DNA of 63,823 nt from positions 1-63,823 of IMG/VR virus record IMGVR_UViG_3300031720_000003. One strand, given 5' to 3'. Below the pieces are notes generated by a model, which made no database searches, was not told the DNA's origin, and saw nothing but the letters and a program-made list of their open reading frames with translations. Both the position numbers and the translations under genes were made by a program. Each line of letters begins with the position of its first letter. Position 1 is the stretch's first letter. The DNA is from a virus (taxonomy: Duplodnaviria; Caudoviricetes). This document shows positions 16,251 through 26,656 of the stretch, piece after piece.

Positions 16251-18758
16251 TCACACCGCTGGACGCGGGGTGGCAATGCCACTCACTCGCATGACCCGAT
16301 GCGGACCCGACGACGTGCTCGGCTGCAACTGTGTGTTGTGTGCTGGGGCGCTGCCCATGCCACCGGGGGTTTGCGCGAGCCGATAGTAGGGTGAGAGGTT
16401 GACGCCGCCGAACGGATCAGACACGAACACACTTTGCTGCGACGTACAGAGCGCCACCATGCCGCTGTACTGCGCAGCCGTGAACAACTCCAGCGTTGCG
16501 GCCATGTCCGGCCGCTGCACGGCGTACGCCATGATCGCTGCGGTCTGTTGCCCGAGCACTTGATGCGCTTGCGCCTGCTCGCTGACCGAGGGGTTCCAAT
16601 CAACAGCGTTAGCGAGCGTCGCAGTAGTCGGGTTGGTCGGGTTGAACCACCACCACCCTTGTCCTGCCGCAATGGTTTGTGCTGACGACGTTGCCGTGGG
16701 GCTTGAGATGGTCGACGCGCCCACCACCGCGGAAATAGTCGCGGTGTACGAATACGCCACCGTGGGCACGCACTCCGGGTCGTACACCACGACCGACTGG
16801 GTGCCGACTGGAATGCTGGTCGGATTCGTCGTGCTGGCTAGGCGCACGTAGACGCCGTCACTGCGCAGGATGGACAGGGTTGTGCTGCCCACCAGTCCAC
16901 CGCGCGCCCATGTTGACACCGTGCCGGGGAACAGGCCCATCTCCACCACGAAATGGTTCTCACCAGCTGAGGACACGGTGAGCACGATGGCGGCGAAGGC
17001 AGCATTGGCCGGTGCCGCTGCAGTGATGGACGCTTGGGTCCACGCAGAGGACACATCGCTCACCGCCGAGGAGGTGGAGGTGGAGAGCAGCGTGCCCGAG
17101 CTGTTGTACCAAGCGATGCCCACCGTGGCGTTGCGCGCCGTCGACGCCGAGCGGAACGAGGCCAATCCGCTGTACGTCTGTCCCACCGTGACCGCGATGC
17201 CCGATGTTCCTGTCGGCGTGGTGGCTGAGAGCGTGCCCGAGCCCGCCATCTGCAGGCTGTACGTGCCTTCTGCGGTCGGTGGGGTGGGGCTCGTGGCTGC
17301 GGAGAGAGTCGTGCCCCCGCCCGCCGTCCAGCCTGTGGTGTTGCCGTTCACCAGCGCTGCTTGATTCGTGGTCAGGTAGTTGTCAAACGCGTTGACGGTG
17401 AGCACGACACAGGGCAGCGAGGTGCCCGGATACGTGCCCAATGAGGAGACGATGGTGGGGGTGTTCGGTGAGTCCAGCTGCACCGTGTAGCCGGTGGACA
17501 CCCACGCTGAGGTTTGACCACCCGGGCTCTGGGTGATCTGCACGTAGGAGGCCACGGTGGTGTTGTTGGGGAGCGTGTTGACCACCGTGTACGAGGACGC
17601 GAGCGGATCGCTGACCACGCCGGAGTCGTCCAGTGAGGGGCCCGAGCCGGGGGTGAAGCCGGGGGCGCCGTACTGCGCTGCCGAGTAGGTGACCACGCGA
17701 TACGCGCTCTGGGTAGCACCGGAGGCCAGCGAATCGGACCACGTCACTGACGGTGTCTGCGTGGTGGTGAGCGTGCCGGTGGGGCCGGTGACGGTGACCG
17801 AGGGGCCGACCTGTGCGGTGACCGTGAAGTCGGATGCGTACGGGCCCGTGCCGGAAGAGTCAACGGACGCGACCGACCAGTTGTAGACGTTGCCGTCCGT
17901 CCACACCCCGCCGGCGAAGGTGATGCTCTGGGCGGTCGAGGTGTTCGCGATGTCCGTGCCCTGAAAGGCCGACCCTCCCGCGTTCCAGTAGTTGTACGAA
18001 CCGCCCGAGATCTTCTGGCGGAAGTGGTAGCCGGTCTCTCCTCCGGTGGCGCTGCCTTTGTAAACCCAGGTGAAGGGGCCGCCGTTGGTTTGCAGATCGC
18101 TATAGACCGCGTTGCTGGGAGCCGTGAGTGAGGGTGCAGGCGGAGCAGGGGGGATGAGCGCAACGGTGAGTGACGACCACTCCACGAGCTGGCTTGAGGT
18201 GGCGCTGCCCGGTGCCGACGACCCCGGCGATCCGGGTCCGGTGTAGTCGCCAGCGACGATGCCGACTGCTGTGGAGGTGACGTTGGCTCGAGCCGTGACA
18301 CCACCTGGGGCGGTGAAGGTGACGCCGTTGAAATAGGTGCCGGCCCAGAACACCACCACCTTCTCGCTGGCCTGGGTGGTGGTCACCGAAGCGGCCGCGA
18401 AGCTAGTGGCTCCCGAGCCGTTCGCCGACTGCCGTTGCGCTTGCACGTCGATCTGCGCCCCGGTGTAGTCGAGGATCGCCGCAGCGAGGTTCTGGTTGCC
18501 GACGTTGGTGGTAAACGTGTACGAACTGGGTTCGCTCGAGCCCGCGCTCTTCTGATACAGCGCAGCCGCCCCGGCCGTGTTGCTCATCAGCGTGCCCAGC
18601 GCGCTCCACCCAGTCGGGGCTGAGTAGGTCGCGGGATCGTCGCCGCCGATAACCATGGCCAGCAGCAAATCGCCCGAGGCAGCTCCGGCAGGTTTGTTCA
18701 CGGTCACCGAACTGCCGAGGTTGTTCCCCGTGCTCGATGAGCGGAAGGTGACCGCCAT
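16251..18758 (-). CDS. large minor tail protein (FnIII/CBM-like domains; distal-tail-like)
   Basis: 835 aa, S/T-rich; YNWSVASVD FnIII-like segment; CBM4/9-like VTVGQTY...IAWYNSSG...APANAAFA. Confidence 0.75.
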   Translation of the reverse strand: MAVTFRSSSTGNNLGSSVTVNKPAGAASGDLLLAMVIGGDDPATYSAPTGWSALGTLMSNTAGAAALYQKSAGSSEPSSYTFTTNVGNQNLAAAILDYTGAQIDVQAQRQSANGSGATSFAAASVTTTQASEKVVVFWAGTYFNGVTFTAPGGVTARANVTSTAVGIVAGDYTGPGSPGSSAPGSATSSQLVEWSSLTVALIPPAPPAPSLTAPSNAVYSDLQTNGGPFTWVYKGSATGGETGYHFRQKISGGSYNYWNAGGSAFQGTDIANTSTAQSITFAGGVWTDGNVYNWSVASVDSSGTGPYASDFTVTAQVGPSVTVTGPTGTLTTTQTPSVTWSDSLASGATQSAYRVVTYSAAQYGAPGFTPGSGPSLDDSGVVSDPLASSYTVVNTLPNNTTVASYVQITQSPGGQTSAWVSTGYTVQLDSPNTPTIVSSLGTYPGTSLPCVVLTVNAFDNYLTTNQAALVNGNTTGWTAGGGTTLSAATSPTPPTAEGTYSLQMAGSGTLSATTPTGTSGIAVTVGQTYSGLASFRSASTARNATVGIAWYNSSGTLLSTSTSSAVSDVSSAWTQASITAAAPANAAFAAIVLTVSSAGENHFVVEMGLFPGTVSTWARGGLVGSTTLSILRSDGVYVRLASTTNPTSIPVGTQSVVVYDPECVPTVAYSYTATISAVVGASTISSPTATSSAQTIAAGQGWWWFNPTNPTTATLANAVDWNPSVSEQAQAHQVLGQQTAAIMAYAVQRPDMAATLELFTAAQYSGMVALCTSQQSVFVSDPFGGVNLSPYYRLAQTPGGMGSAPAHNTQLQPSTSSGPHRVMRVSGIATPRPAV

Positions 18759-19127
18759 CTACTCGCGATCCTTGCGGGCGTTCTCGACGTGCTTCGCGAA
18801 CTCTTCGTGCAGGCTGAGGCTGCTCAGAAAGGTCAGGTGGTCGTCACTGAGCATTGGAAGATGCTCGTGCAGCGCTGAGGTGCCCCGGACTCTCGCGGCC
18901 TCGCGTTCGACCTCGACCTGCTCGGCGATCTGTCGTGCTTCCGCGGTGTGGCCCCGGTCGTGATGGCGCACCCGGTAGAGCTCACGGGCCAGCGGAGAAA
19001 GTTCGGCCGTCCAGAAACCACGATGACAGGGCCCGCACAGCCAAGGAGTCGCGTCCGGCGGACCCGCGAACGGCTGCAGCTCAGCACCGCAACTCGGGCA
19101 TGAGGTTAGGACGGTCGGCTGGGGCAC
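18759..19127 (-). CDS. hypothetical Zn-ribbon protein
   Basis: CPSC...CGPC; AAGGA RBS. Confidence 0.55.
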   Translation of the reverse strand: MPQPTVLTSCPSCGAELQPFAGPPDATPWLCGPCHRGFWTAELSPLARELYRVRHHDRGHTAEARQIAEQVEVEREAARVRGTSALHEHLPMLSDDHLTFLSSLSLHEEFAKHVENARKDRE

Positions 19128-19204
19128 ACAAATGTTCCTTATGAGCGTGGGGTAGGATGCGTAGTTATTAAGAGAGGCGCGGGGGACGTACGGAGGTGGC
19201 GGCA

Positions 19205-19651
19205 ATGAAGGGGATCGGTATTGCCCTAGCGGCGGGGATGCTCAGTGCGTGCGGGGCTGCCTCAGCGGGCAGTTCAGCGACGGACACACCCACTGATACC
19301 GCCGCGGTGGCGCCGGCCACCTTTGCGCCGAGCACCGATATGCCGACGGCGGTGGCCACCGTCCCGCCAGCACCTGTGGGGATAACCGCGTGTTACGTAG
19401 CGCCCAGCGACGGCAAGGACACCCGAGTCAGCATCACAGGTGTGGATGCAGCGACGACGTGCCCACAGGTGCAAGCCACCCTCGGCGCGAGCACATGGAC
19501 GGTGCTTGCCGACAACGCCCCCGTGCCCTCAGACGACGTGAAAACGCTGTGTCAGGGAACGGTGGGCCAGTCAACGTGGCGCGTACTCGATCACCGCTTC
19601 GTCAACTTCACCGGGCTGGCCGCCTGCGACACGCTGCAGCACGCGTACTAA
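19205..19651 (+). CDS. lipoprotein moron (possible superinfection exclusion)
   Basis: MKGIGIALAAGMLSA-C lipobox; antisense to the tail operon. Confidence 0.7.
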   Translation: MKGIGIALAAGMLSACGAASAGSSATDTPTDTAAVAPATFAPSTDMPTAVATVPPAPVGITACYVAPSDGKDTRVSITGVDAATTCPQVQATLGASTWTVLADNAPVPSDDVKTLCQGTVGQSTWRVLDHRFVNFTGLAACDTLQHAY

Positions 19652-22600
19652 GCGGGTTGCAGAGAGTAGGCGCCACCACCGAGGCTGCGTAGCACTTTCG
19701 ACCAGGCCCGGTTCACCGCTTGTTCTGCGGCGTCGCCGATCTGATGTGGGCTGGCGTTGGTGTTGGGAACGTGGATGGTGATCGGAGCGCTGATTTGCAG
19801 CGTGTGCCCACCCACTGCTGCAACAGCTGAGCTAGACGCTGGGGTGGAGGCCAGCACTGTTGCGGGTCGCACCGCACGGCCTTGGATTGAGGCCACCGCC
19901 ATCTGCCAGAGCGCGGGATCGGTGCGATCCTTGGCGAGAATCGCCTCCACCCCATGCACCATGATCGGTGTGCCGGATCCGAAGTTGCCAACGATACCGT
20001 GCTGCGCTCCGAGCCCCACGCCTCCAGTGTACCCGGGAGGCAGCAGGTGGTTGTAGCGGTTCTCGGCGTTCTGGATGGCAGTGAGCAGTCCTTGGTTGGC
20101 CCCGGGGATCTGTCCCGCCGAGGGGATGCCTTTGGCGATGTCGCTGGCGATGGTGTTGGCGTTGGTGACGCCGTTCTGCACATCGGTCAGGAAAATCTGC
20201 ATCGCGGTCGCTGAGAGCGGGCCGGTGATCGCGGACACCTGCATCAGCGCGTTCATGTCCTTACTCAGGGTGGTGGCGTCGGTGACGCCGTTGCCCCAGA
20301 GCGTCTCGAACGCCTGCAAGCGCTGCCCAGTGATAGGTCCGACGTTCTGCTCAACAGCGGTCAGTGCTGCCACGCCCGCAGTGAGATTGCCCATGTCCTG
20401 ATTGCCCTTCTGCCACTGTTGCAGGAAGAACTGCTGCGCCTCCGAACTCTGGGGGCCAGCCACACCGAAGACCTGACGCTCCGCGAGGACGGCTTGGCTG
20501 ATCTGGGTGACATCGTGAACGCCGTTGTGCCACAGCTGCGCGAACAGGGTTTGCTCATTCTGGCTGAGTTGTCCGGTGACATCGGTGACCCGGCCGAGCG
20601 CACCCATGGCGAGGCTGATCTGGAACGCGGAATGCGTGCCGTTGTCCCAGAGGGTGTGGAACATGTCCTGCTGGACCTGGTTCCTCAAGAGACCGTTCTG
20701 CTGCAGCGCCGCGAACACCTGCTCGGAATTCGCCGCCGCAGCAGCAGCGCCGGTGAGCAGCCCGAGCTTGGCAAGGAAGGCGTCAAACTGCGGCTTGGTT
20801 TGCACCGCACCGCTCTGCACCGCGTTGGCGATCAGATGCAACTGATCGACGGAGATGGTGCTGATCCCGTACATGCTGTGCAGATCGCTGAGGAAGCCGC
20901 GCATGTCCGCGATGCCCTGACCACTGCTGTTGTTGAGCATGTCCTGCAAGTTGGCGAAGGCTCCACCACCGACTGCAGTGCCAGAACTCATGAAAGGCAC
21001 CGTGATGCCCAACCCACCCGGTGCAGCCCAGCTCGCAGTATCGCCTTGGCTGTGCATCAGTGCCATCGCTGAGTTCAACTGACCGAGCGCGCCTGCGAGA
21101 CCAACGATCACGGGGGCTAGGCCACCAGCAGCGGTGAGCGCACCGAGGGCCCCAATGAGCCCGCCGGCGCCGGTAGATGCGCCTGCTCCCGCGCCACCCA
21201 CCAGCGTCTCTGCACCAGCGAGCGCGTCCTCTTCGCCTGCTGCGGTCGCTGCGGCGGTGCCAGCCAGCGCTTCTGAGCCAGCCAACGCATCCTCTTCGCC
21301 AGCCGCAACGGCTGCAGCAGCCCCTAGGCCAACGGTGGCAGCCTTAGCAGCGTCAGCAGCAGGTCCAAAGCCGAGCAATGCTCTGACCGCGGCTCCGATA
21401 CCCGCCTCGCCGGCCATGGTCACGAAGGCCGCGCCCATCCTGATCAGTCCCGCGATCCACTCCGCGAACGTGAACAACTTCATACGGTTGGCGAGGATGG
21501 CGATGGCGATGCCCCACTCCAAGATCGGTCCCACCACGGGGATCTTGCTCAGCCAGCCGACGAATTGCGCGATGAGCGCCACGATCTCGGTGAGCGCGGG
21601 GGCGATGGTGAGGTAGATCTGGCCGAAGGAACTGAACAGCCCGGGCAGCAGCGCGAGGAGGTTTTTGATCTCATCGAGATGCGCCTGGAACAGGCTGTGC
21701 AGTTGCGTCTGCCCAGAGGTGCTCGCCAGCCAGACGTGCAGTCTCATGAGCATCTGGTCGAGTATTCCGACGATGCTGGTGCCGAGGCCGACGGATGGCT
21801 TGAAGAGCAGCACAAGATCCTGGGCAGCGATAACAATGAGCGCTTCCCAGGCGTGCCACACGTCGATCATGTGACTCATGACCGACTCCCATTTCGCGAA
21901 GCCTTCGGGAGAGTTGGCTTTGGCCAGCAGATCGCCGATCTTGGCGGTGATGCCCCCGGTGTGCAGCGAGAGTAGGTCGAGCGTCTTGAGCACGAACTCC
22001 ACGCCATTCGTGAAGGCGGCCATGGCATTGGGCAGGTTGGCCGCAAAGGCGTTCTCCAAATCCTTGAAGATGGCGATGCCCTGCGGCCCCTCAAGCCATG
22101 CAAACAACGGCTTGAGGCTGTCGTTGATGATGGTGAGGTTGCGCTCTGCAGCTGCAGCCACCAACGGCGTGTAGACGGTGCCGAGCGTCACCACCTGCTG
22201 CATGATGTTGGTGGCAGCAACCCGAGCGCCGGACGTTTGCTGGTCCCAGAAGGCGTTGAGCGCAGCAGCAGATTTGGTGAGCGCCATCTCGGCCTGCACC
22301 CCGGCGGTGTTGCCAAGCACCTGCATTTCTACGTTGAGGTTCTTCTGATCGGCCGCAGCCTGCGCAGAACCGGCGCCGTACTGGATCACGTCCTTCTGCA
22401 GCTGCGTATACAGTTTGCTCAGCGTTTGGGTGTCGGCGATGGTCGACTTCATCACCGCCATGTCCGAGCCACTGCCCACCGCCATGGTGCCCAGCGAGCC
22501 CGCGCCGAGCAGCGCACCGCCGCCCAGTGCTTCGGTGGCTGAACCACCGAGTCCCATCAGGGTGGTGATGATGTGCTCTGCACCGAACCCTGCCAGCGAT

Positions 22601-23046
22601 GCCGCGCTGCCCCAGCGAGCACCGGGTATGGGCCCGATACCACCACCACCGAAGCCGAGCGTGTTGCCGACTCCGCGACCGCCGCCACCGAGTAGCCCTG
22701 CGCCTAGGAGCCCGGCGAGGAATCCTCCGCCACCTCCGCTTGCGCTCCCGCCAGCACCGGCTCCGAGTGCGCCGCCTGCAGCACGGCTGGCAGCAATGGA
22801 TGCGAGGGCTGGTGCGGTATCGGCGGTGACGGTGAGCGTGACGGGATCGGCTTCCATCGCCGCGCGTGCAGCCTCGACTTCGCTGATTGCGGGCGATGTA
22901 TCAGCGGTGACCTTGACATCGGTGGGCGTCTTTTCGAGATCTTCGAGCGCAGCCTTGACTTCGGCAATCTTGCGAATGGCATCTTCGTCGTCCGCGATGA
23001 GCGAGGCCAAGACCGGCGGCAGATAGCCCCCAGCGCCACCAGGCAT
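19648..23046 (-). CDS. tape measure protein
   Basis: 1132 aa, Ala/Gly-rich and helical; downstream of the tail assembly chaperones. Confidence 0.9.
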   Translation of the reverse strand: MPGGAGGYLPPVLASLIADDEDAIRKIAEVKAALEDLEKTPTDVKVTADTSPAISEVEAARAAMEADPVTLTVTADTAPALASIAASRAAGGALGAGAGGSASGGGGGFLAGLLGAGLLGGGGRGVGNTLGFGGGGIGPIPGARWGSAASLAGFGAEHIITTLMGLGGSATEALGGGALLGAGSLGTMAVGSGSDMAVMKSTIADTQTLSKLYTQLQKDVIQYGAGSAQAAADQKNLNVEMQVLGNTAGVQAEMALTKSAAALNAFWDQQTSGARVAATNIMQQVVTLGTVYTPLVAAAAERNLTIINDSLKPLFAWLEGPQGIAIFKDLENAFAANLPNAMAAFTNGVEFVLKTLDLLSLHTGGITAKIGDLLAKANSPEGFAKWESVMSHMIDVWHAWEALIVIAAQDLVLLFKPSVGLGTSIVGILDQMLMRLHVWLASTSGQTQLHSLFQAHLDEIKNLLALLPGLFSSFGQIYLTIAPALTEIVALIAQFVGWLSKIPVVGPILEWGIAIAILANRMKLFTFAEWIAGLIRMGAAFVTMAGEAGIGAAVRALLGFGPAADAAKAATVGLGAAAAVAAGEEDALAGSEALAGTAAATAAGEEDALAGAETLVGGAGAGASTGAGGLIGALGALTAAGGLAPVIVGLAGALGQLNSAMALMHSQGDTASWAAPGGLGITVPFMSSGTAVGGGAFANLQDMLNNSSGQGIADMRGFLSDLHSMYGISTISVDQLHLIANAVQSGAVQTKPQFDAFLAKLGLLTGAAAAAANSEQVFAALQQNGLLRNQVQQDMFHTLWDNGTHSAFQISLAMGALGRVTDVTGQLSQNEQTLFAQLWHNGVHDVTQISQAVLAERQVFGVAGPQSSEAQQFFLQQWQKGNQDMGNLTAGVAALTAVEQNVGPITGQRLQAFETLWGNGVTDATTLSKDMNALMQVSAITGPLSATAMQIFLTDVQNGVTNANTIASDIAKGIPSAGQIPGANQGLLTAIQNAENRYNHLLPPGYTGGVGLGAQHGIVGNFGSGTPIMVHGVEAILAKDRTDPALWQMAVASIQGRAVRPATVLASTPASSSAVAAVGGHTLQISAPITIHVPNTNASPHQIGDAAEQAVNRAWSKVLRSLGGGAYSLQPA

Positions 23047-23049
23047 TGC

Positions 23050-23490
23050 TCACGCCCTCCTGATAGCTTCGGCCCAACGGCGCGCGCACATGTCACGGAA
23101 GCGCGGACGCACTTCTTCTACTGCGTGCAGCAGGTAGTGCGTGCCGTGTTGATGCACCTTGCGCTTGAACACCGGGCGTCCCTCCCAGTACCAGCGCAGA
23201 TAGGGGTGCGTCATCACCGTGCGGCGCCCCGGAATCGGACCACCCAGCTCCCGAATGCGCCCATAGACAACAGTAGGCCCCACTAACGCTGCGTACGACG
23301 CAACGCCAGTGGGGGTTGGCCCAGTGATCGTGATCGATCCGGCCAGTTCGCCAGAGAGGTGCGGAGCAAACGCGCGCGCGCCGTCCTGCACCGCTTTCGC
23401 ACCATCCTCGACGCCGTCGTGGGTGGCTTCGTGCAGTGACACCATCAGTCTGTCCAGCGCAGCGATGGCGCCTTCGGCTTCAACGGCCAC
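23050..23490 (-). CDS. HK97 gp10-like neck/tail-completion protein
   Basis: APHLSGELAGSI...VYGRIRELG...HYLLHA. Confidence 0.75.
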   Translation of the reverse strand: MAVEAEGAIAALDRLMVSLHEATHDGVEDGAKAVQDGARAFAPHLSGELAGSITITGPTPTGVASYAALVGPTVVYGRIRELGGPIPGRRTVMTHPYLRWYWEGRPVFKRKVHQHGTHYLLHAVEEVRPRFRDMCARRWAEAIRRA

Positions 23491-24159
23491 GAGCAGCCTT
23501 CTTTGCCTTGGCCTCTTGCACATCTGCCTCCACACCGGCCATGGCAATCATCCAGTCAACCGTTTCAGCAGGCTCGTCGAGGTACTGCTCGTGGCTCAGG
23601 CCGCGGAGGACTCTCCGGTACGTGAACTCGCGCCAGTACGCGGCCGTTTCCGCGTCGACCGACTCCGGTTCGCCCCTGTCGAGGAGGACGTTGCGGAGTT
23701 GGCGGATGCGCCGAAAGGGGAGTCGCGATCCGGCGGCTGGGGCTCGAAGTTGGCAGGGTTGATGCGCTGCACCAGATCCATCTCTTGCCCACGGATGGCG
23801 CTGTTGAGCGCGTCGTAGAGCTCCGGAGTGAGATCCTGCACCGTGTCCACGTCCGGCAACGGTTGCGGCAGCGTCCACGATTGCAGCAGGGCGCAGATCA
23901 TGGCATCGCGCAGTTCGCTCATGGCCAAGCGCTCCTGACGAGTCATCAGGCCGGACATGATCAGCTCGGCTTGCGCACGAGCCTGCTCACCCTCGGGGCC
24001 TTGCTCGGCACCCTCGCGGATCAGGTCAGAGGGAATCTTGGCGTAGACCTTGGCCAGCGGCCCCACCGCAGCGAGAATCTGCCGCCGATGGCGTTCGCGC
24101 AGGTCGCTGACATCACGGAGGACTGCCGTACCACCAGGGATCTCCACAGAGCGAGCCAT
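23480..24159 (-). CDS. tail assembly chaperone GT via -1 frameshift at 23713-23719
   Basis: Slippery C CCT TTC leads into the overlapping frame PFRRIRQLRNVL...TVDWMIAM. Confidence 0.7.
23596..24159 (-). CDS. tail assembly chaperone (G)
   Basis: Between the major tail and tape measure genes; LQSWTL...LTPELYDAL. Confidence 0.75.
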   Translation of the reverse strand: MARSVEIPGGTAVLRDVSDLRERHRRQILAAVGPLAKVYAKIPSDLIREGAEQGPEGEQARAQAELIMSGLMTRQERLAMSELRDAMICALLQSWTLPQPLPDVDTVQDLTPELYDALNSAIRGQEMDLVQRINPANFEPQPPDRDSPFGASANSATSSSTGANRSRSTRKRPRTGASSRTGESSAA

Positions 24160-24162
24160 TGG

Positions 24163-24459
24163 TCAGCCCCCCTGCGACAGGTAGCGCTCGCGCTCGGGGA
24201 ACGATCCCGTGCGCACCCCGCTCAGCAGGTTGTCGTGGACCTCATCCTCGGGCTTGCCGCCGGTCAGATCCGCCGGCCAGTGGATGATCTCCGCGCGCTT
24301 CAGCTGCTCACCGCTGCGCTTGAGCTGGCGCACCAACTCACGCGCCTTGCAGTCAGGACAGCTGCGCTGCTCGCAGCCGATGACGGTTTCGCCGTGACCT
24401 TTTTCACGGCTGCACCCGTGTGCCCCAACACCCTCCAAAACGAGTCGATAGAAACCCAT
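24163..24459 (-). CDS. hypothetical protein
   Basis: GAGG RBS; GHGC...CPDC motif. Confidence 0.6.
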   Translation of the reverse strand: MGFYRLVLEGVGAHGCSREKGHGETVIGCEQRSCPDCKARELVRQLKRSGEQLKRAEIIHWPADLTGGKPEDEVHDNLLSGVRTGSFPERERYLSQGG

Positions 24460-24618
24460 GGTTGTTCCTCATATGTGTGATGTATGTGCGTTGATGATTT
24501 GGTGTTCGAGAGAGAAGAGCGCCGCCACTCGCTTGACGGGTGGAACCGACCGGGCGGCAGAGACCGTGACCGTAATTCCCGGCCTTGCTAGCTTCAGCCC
24601 CGTGGGCGACGCTCAGGC

Positions 24619-25791
24619 TCAGTAGGCCGTGGTGGTTCCGTTGCCTACGGACACGACTATCGGCGAGACGCCACCCGCTTGTGCGTCGGTGGCGGTGGGC
24701 AGGAGTTGCACATCGAGCGTGGCCTCCACCCATTCCTTGCCGCGCACCAGCTCGCCGGTCTTGAACGCCGATGAGGTGGTGTGGATGCGCATCCCGTAGC
24801 CGTTGTTCACGTCGTACAGCGAGATGTCCAGCGCGCTCTTGGTGCCCGCGAGATACTTGGTGAGCTCGGGCGCACCCGACTGCTCCACCACCGTGATCTT
24901 TGCGGTGGCAGTGAGCGGTCCCGCGAAGTACTGGTAGTACGCCTGGGTGCCGGTGAGTGCGGGGATGGGCTTGACGCCGCGTCCCAGATCGATCTCCCAG
25001 TCCTCGACGTAGGTGATCGCCGAGCCGCCGATGGAGATCAGCGTGGTCCATGCGGGCGGAGCCGACACCGATGAAAACGATGGGGTGGGCGATGACGGGG
25101 TGATGGACGGGTTGGCGAAGAACGACGCCGAGAAGTCCACGTAGCCCGCGTTGGTGCCCTTGATGGTGAGCTTGTCCAGCTGCGCTGCGGCGAGCTGCCG
25201 CCATTCCTCGCCGTCATAGTCGGTGATGGTCAGCGAGGGGGGCTGGTTGCCTGTGCCCGCGTTGTTGAGCAGCGAGAAGGAGTGTCCGGTGAGTCCGGTG
25301 ACCGTCGCACCATTGCTCTGCGCGTACTGCAGCGCGTACTGCAGTGTCACCGTGTACGGGCCTGAACCCGAGACGGCGGTGGTGTAGTGCGTCTCCTGGG
25401 TTGCGCCGGAGCCGATCTTGATCCACGAGTTGGCCGCGACGGTAGCCGCAGTGGAGATGGTGGTCGCTCCCGCTGCAGCGCTCGATGACAGCGTGGTGTT
25501 GGTGGGTGCAGTCGACACCGTGTCTGTCGATCCCAGCTCTGCGAGGAGATAGAGGGGGAAGATGTCGAGGTGGGGATAGCCGTCCCACCCGTGACTGTCG
25601 TAACGCATCCCCGGGGTCTGGTCATAGACGGAGACCATCGACCCCTGCAGGGTGTCGTCCTCAATGACGGTTAACGACGGCTTGAACTTCGGGGCTTTCA
25701 CCTTTGCCCAATAGGCCGGCGCTACCGGAGTTCCTCGAGTGACTTCCTTTGCCAGACCGATTTCAGTCTGGGCGACGGCGTATGCGGGCAA
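24619..25791 (-). CDS. major tail (tube) protein
   Basis: IGLAKEVTRGTPVAP N-terminus; position; GGAGG RBS. Confidence 0.85.
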   Translation of the reverse strand: MPAYAVAQTEIGLAKEVTRGTPVAPAYWAKVKAPKFKPSLTVIEDDTLQGSMVSVYDQTPGMRYDSHGWDGYPHLDIFPLYLLAELGSTDTVSTAPTNTTLSSSAAAGATTISTAATVAANSWIKIGSGATQETHYTTAVSGSGPYTVTLQYALQYAQSNGATVTGLTGHSFSLLNNAGTGNQPPSLTITDYDGEEWRQLAAAQLDKLTIKGTNAGYVDFSASFFANPSITPSSPTPSFSSVSAPPAWTTLISIGGSAITYVEDWEIDLGRGVKPIPALTGTQAYYQYFAGPLTATAKITVVEQSGAPELTKYLAGTKSALDISLYDVNNGYGMRIHTTSSAFKTGELVRGKEWVEATLDVQLLPTATDAQAGGVSPIVVSVGNGTTTAY

Positions 25792-25840
25792 GGCGGATGC
25801 CTCCTAGTGAACTCCGATATAATTGATCCGCCTAAAAGCG

Positions 25841-26656
25841 ATGGCGGGTTGTCTAGTTATCGACTGCACACAGCCGCACTACGCGCGCGGGGTTTGTACG
25901 AGTCACTACCACCGGTGGCGTAATGGGGACGCCACGATTCCCACCGCACCGCTAAAGGTGTGGCTACCGCAGCCCGCCTGTTCCATCGAAGGATGCGACC
26001 GGCAGGCCAAGAGTCGCGGATGGTGTCAGTTGCACTACGCGCGGTGGCGACTAAACGGTCACCCGCTGAAGTTGGTTCGCCATGGGCCGCCTGAGGAGCG
26101 ATTCTGGCGTTGGGTCAATCAGAGTGGGCCCGTTTCGGAGATGCGGCCCGATCTCGGATCGTGCTGGCTGTGGACCGGCTCGCACGTTACGTGCGGATAT
26201 GGGCTGTTTCGCAAGGAGAAGGGTTCAACGCGCAGTTCGCTTGCCCACCGATTCGCCTACACCATGCTGGTGGGAGAGATCCCGGAGGACTATGAGATCG
26301 ACCACCTCTGCTGCGTGCGGGACTGCGTGAATCCTGAGCACTTAGAAGCCGTCACGCCTGCCGAGAACCGGCGGCGCAGGATCGCTGTGAAACCCCGGCG
26401 CCCATGGAAACGCCAAACACATTGCGTGAACGGCCATGAGTACACGCCTGAGAACACCTACGTGAACGCCAGGAGCGGGTGGCGCTTCTGCCGAATCTGC
26501 AAGCGCGCCGCCTTTATGAAGTGGTACGCGAGCAAGCGAGCGGCCGCTTCCGCTCAGTCCTCCTGCTTATCGGTGGGCGCAGGCGGTGTCGGCTCTGCGG
26601 CCTTGGCTGCGACGGGTGTCGGTGGTGTCACACGAGTAACGCGCGCGTCCTTGTAG
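25841..26656 (+). CDS. HNH homing endonuclease (antisense)
   Basis: CWLWTG...AHRFAY...IDHLC..RDCVNPEHLEAVT; HCVNGH...CRIC; TATAAT at 25818. Confidence 0.9.
   Translation: MAGCLVIDCTQPHYARGVCTSHYHRWRNGDATIPTAPLKVWLPQPACSIEGCDRQAKSRGWCQLHYARWRLNGHPLKLVRHGPPEERFWRWVNQSGPVSEMRPDLGSCWLWTGSHVTCGYGLFRKEKGSTRSSLAHRFAYTMLVGEIPEDYEIDHLCCVRDCVNPEHLEAVTPAENRRRRIAVKPRRPWKRQTHCVNGHEYTPENTYVNARSGWRFCRICKRAAFMKWYASKRAAASAQSSCLSVGAGGVGSAALAATGVGGVTRVTRASL

Noticed and set aside
19713-23026. Numerous long antisense and alternate-frame ORFs (here and genome-wide)
   Set aside because: Shadow ORFs expected at high GC, overlapping well-supported genes.
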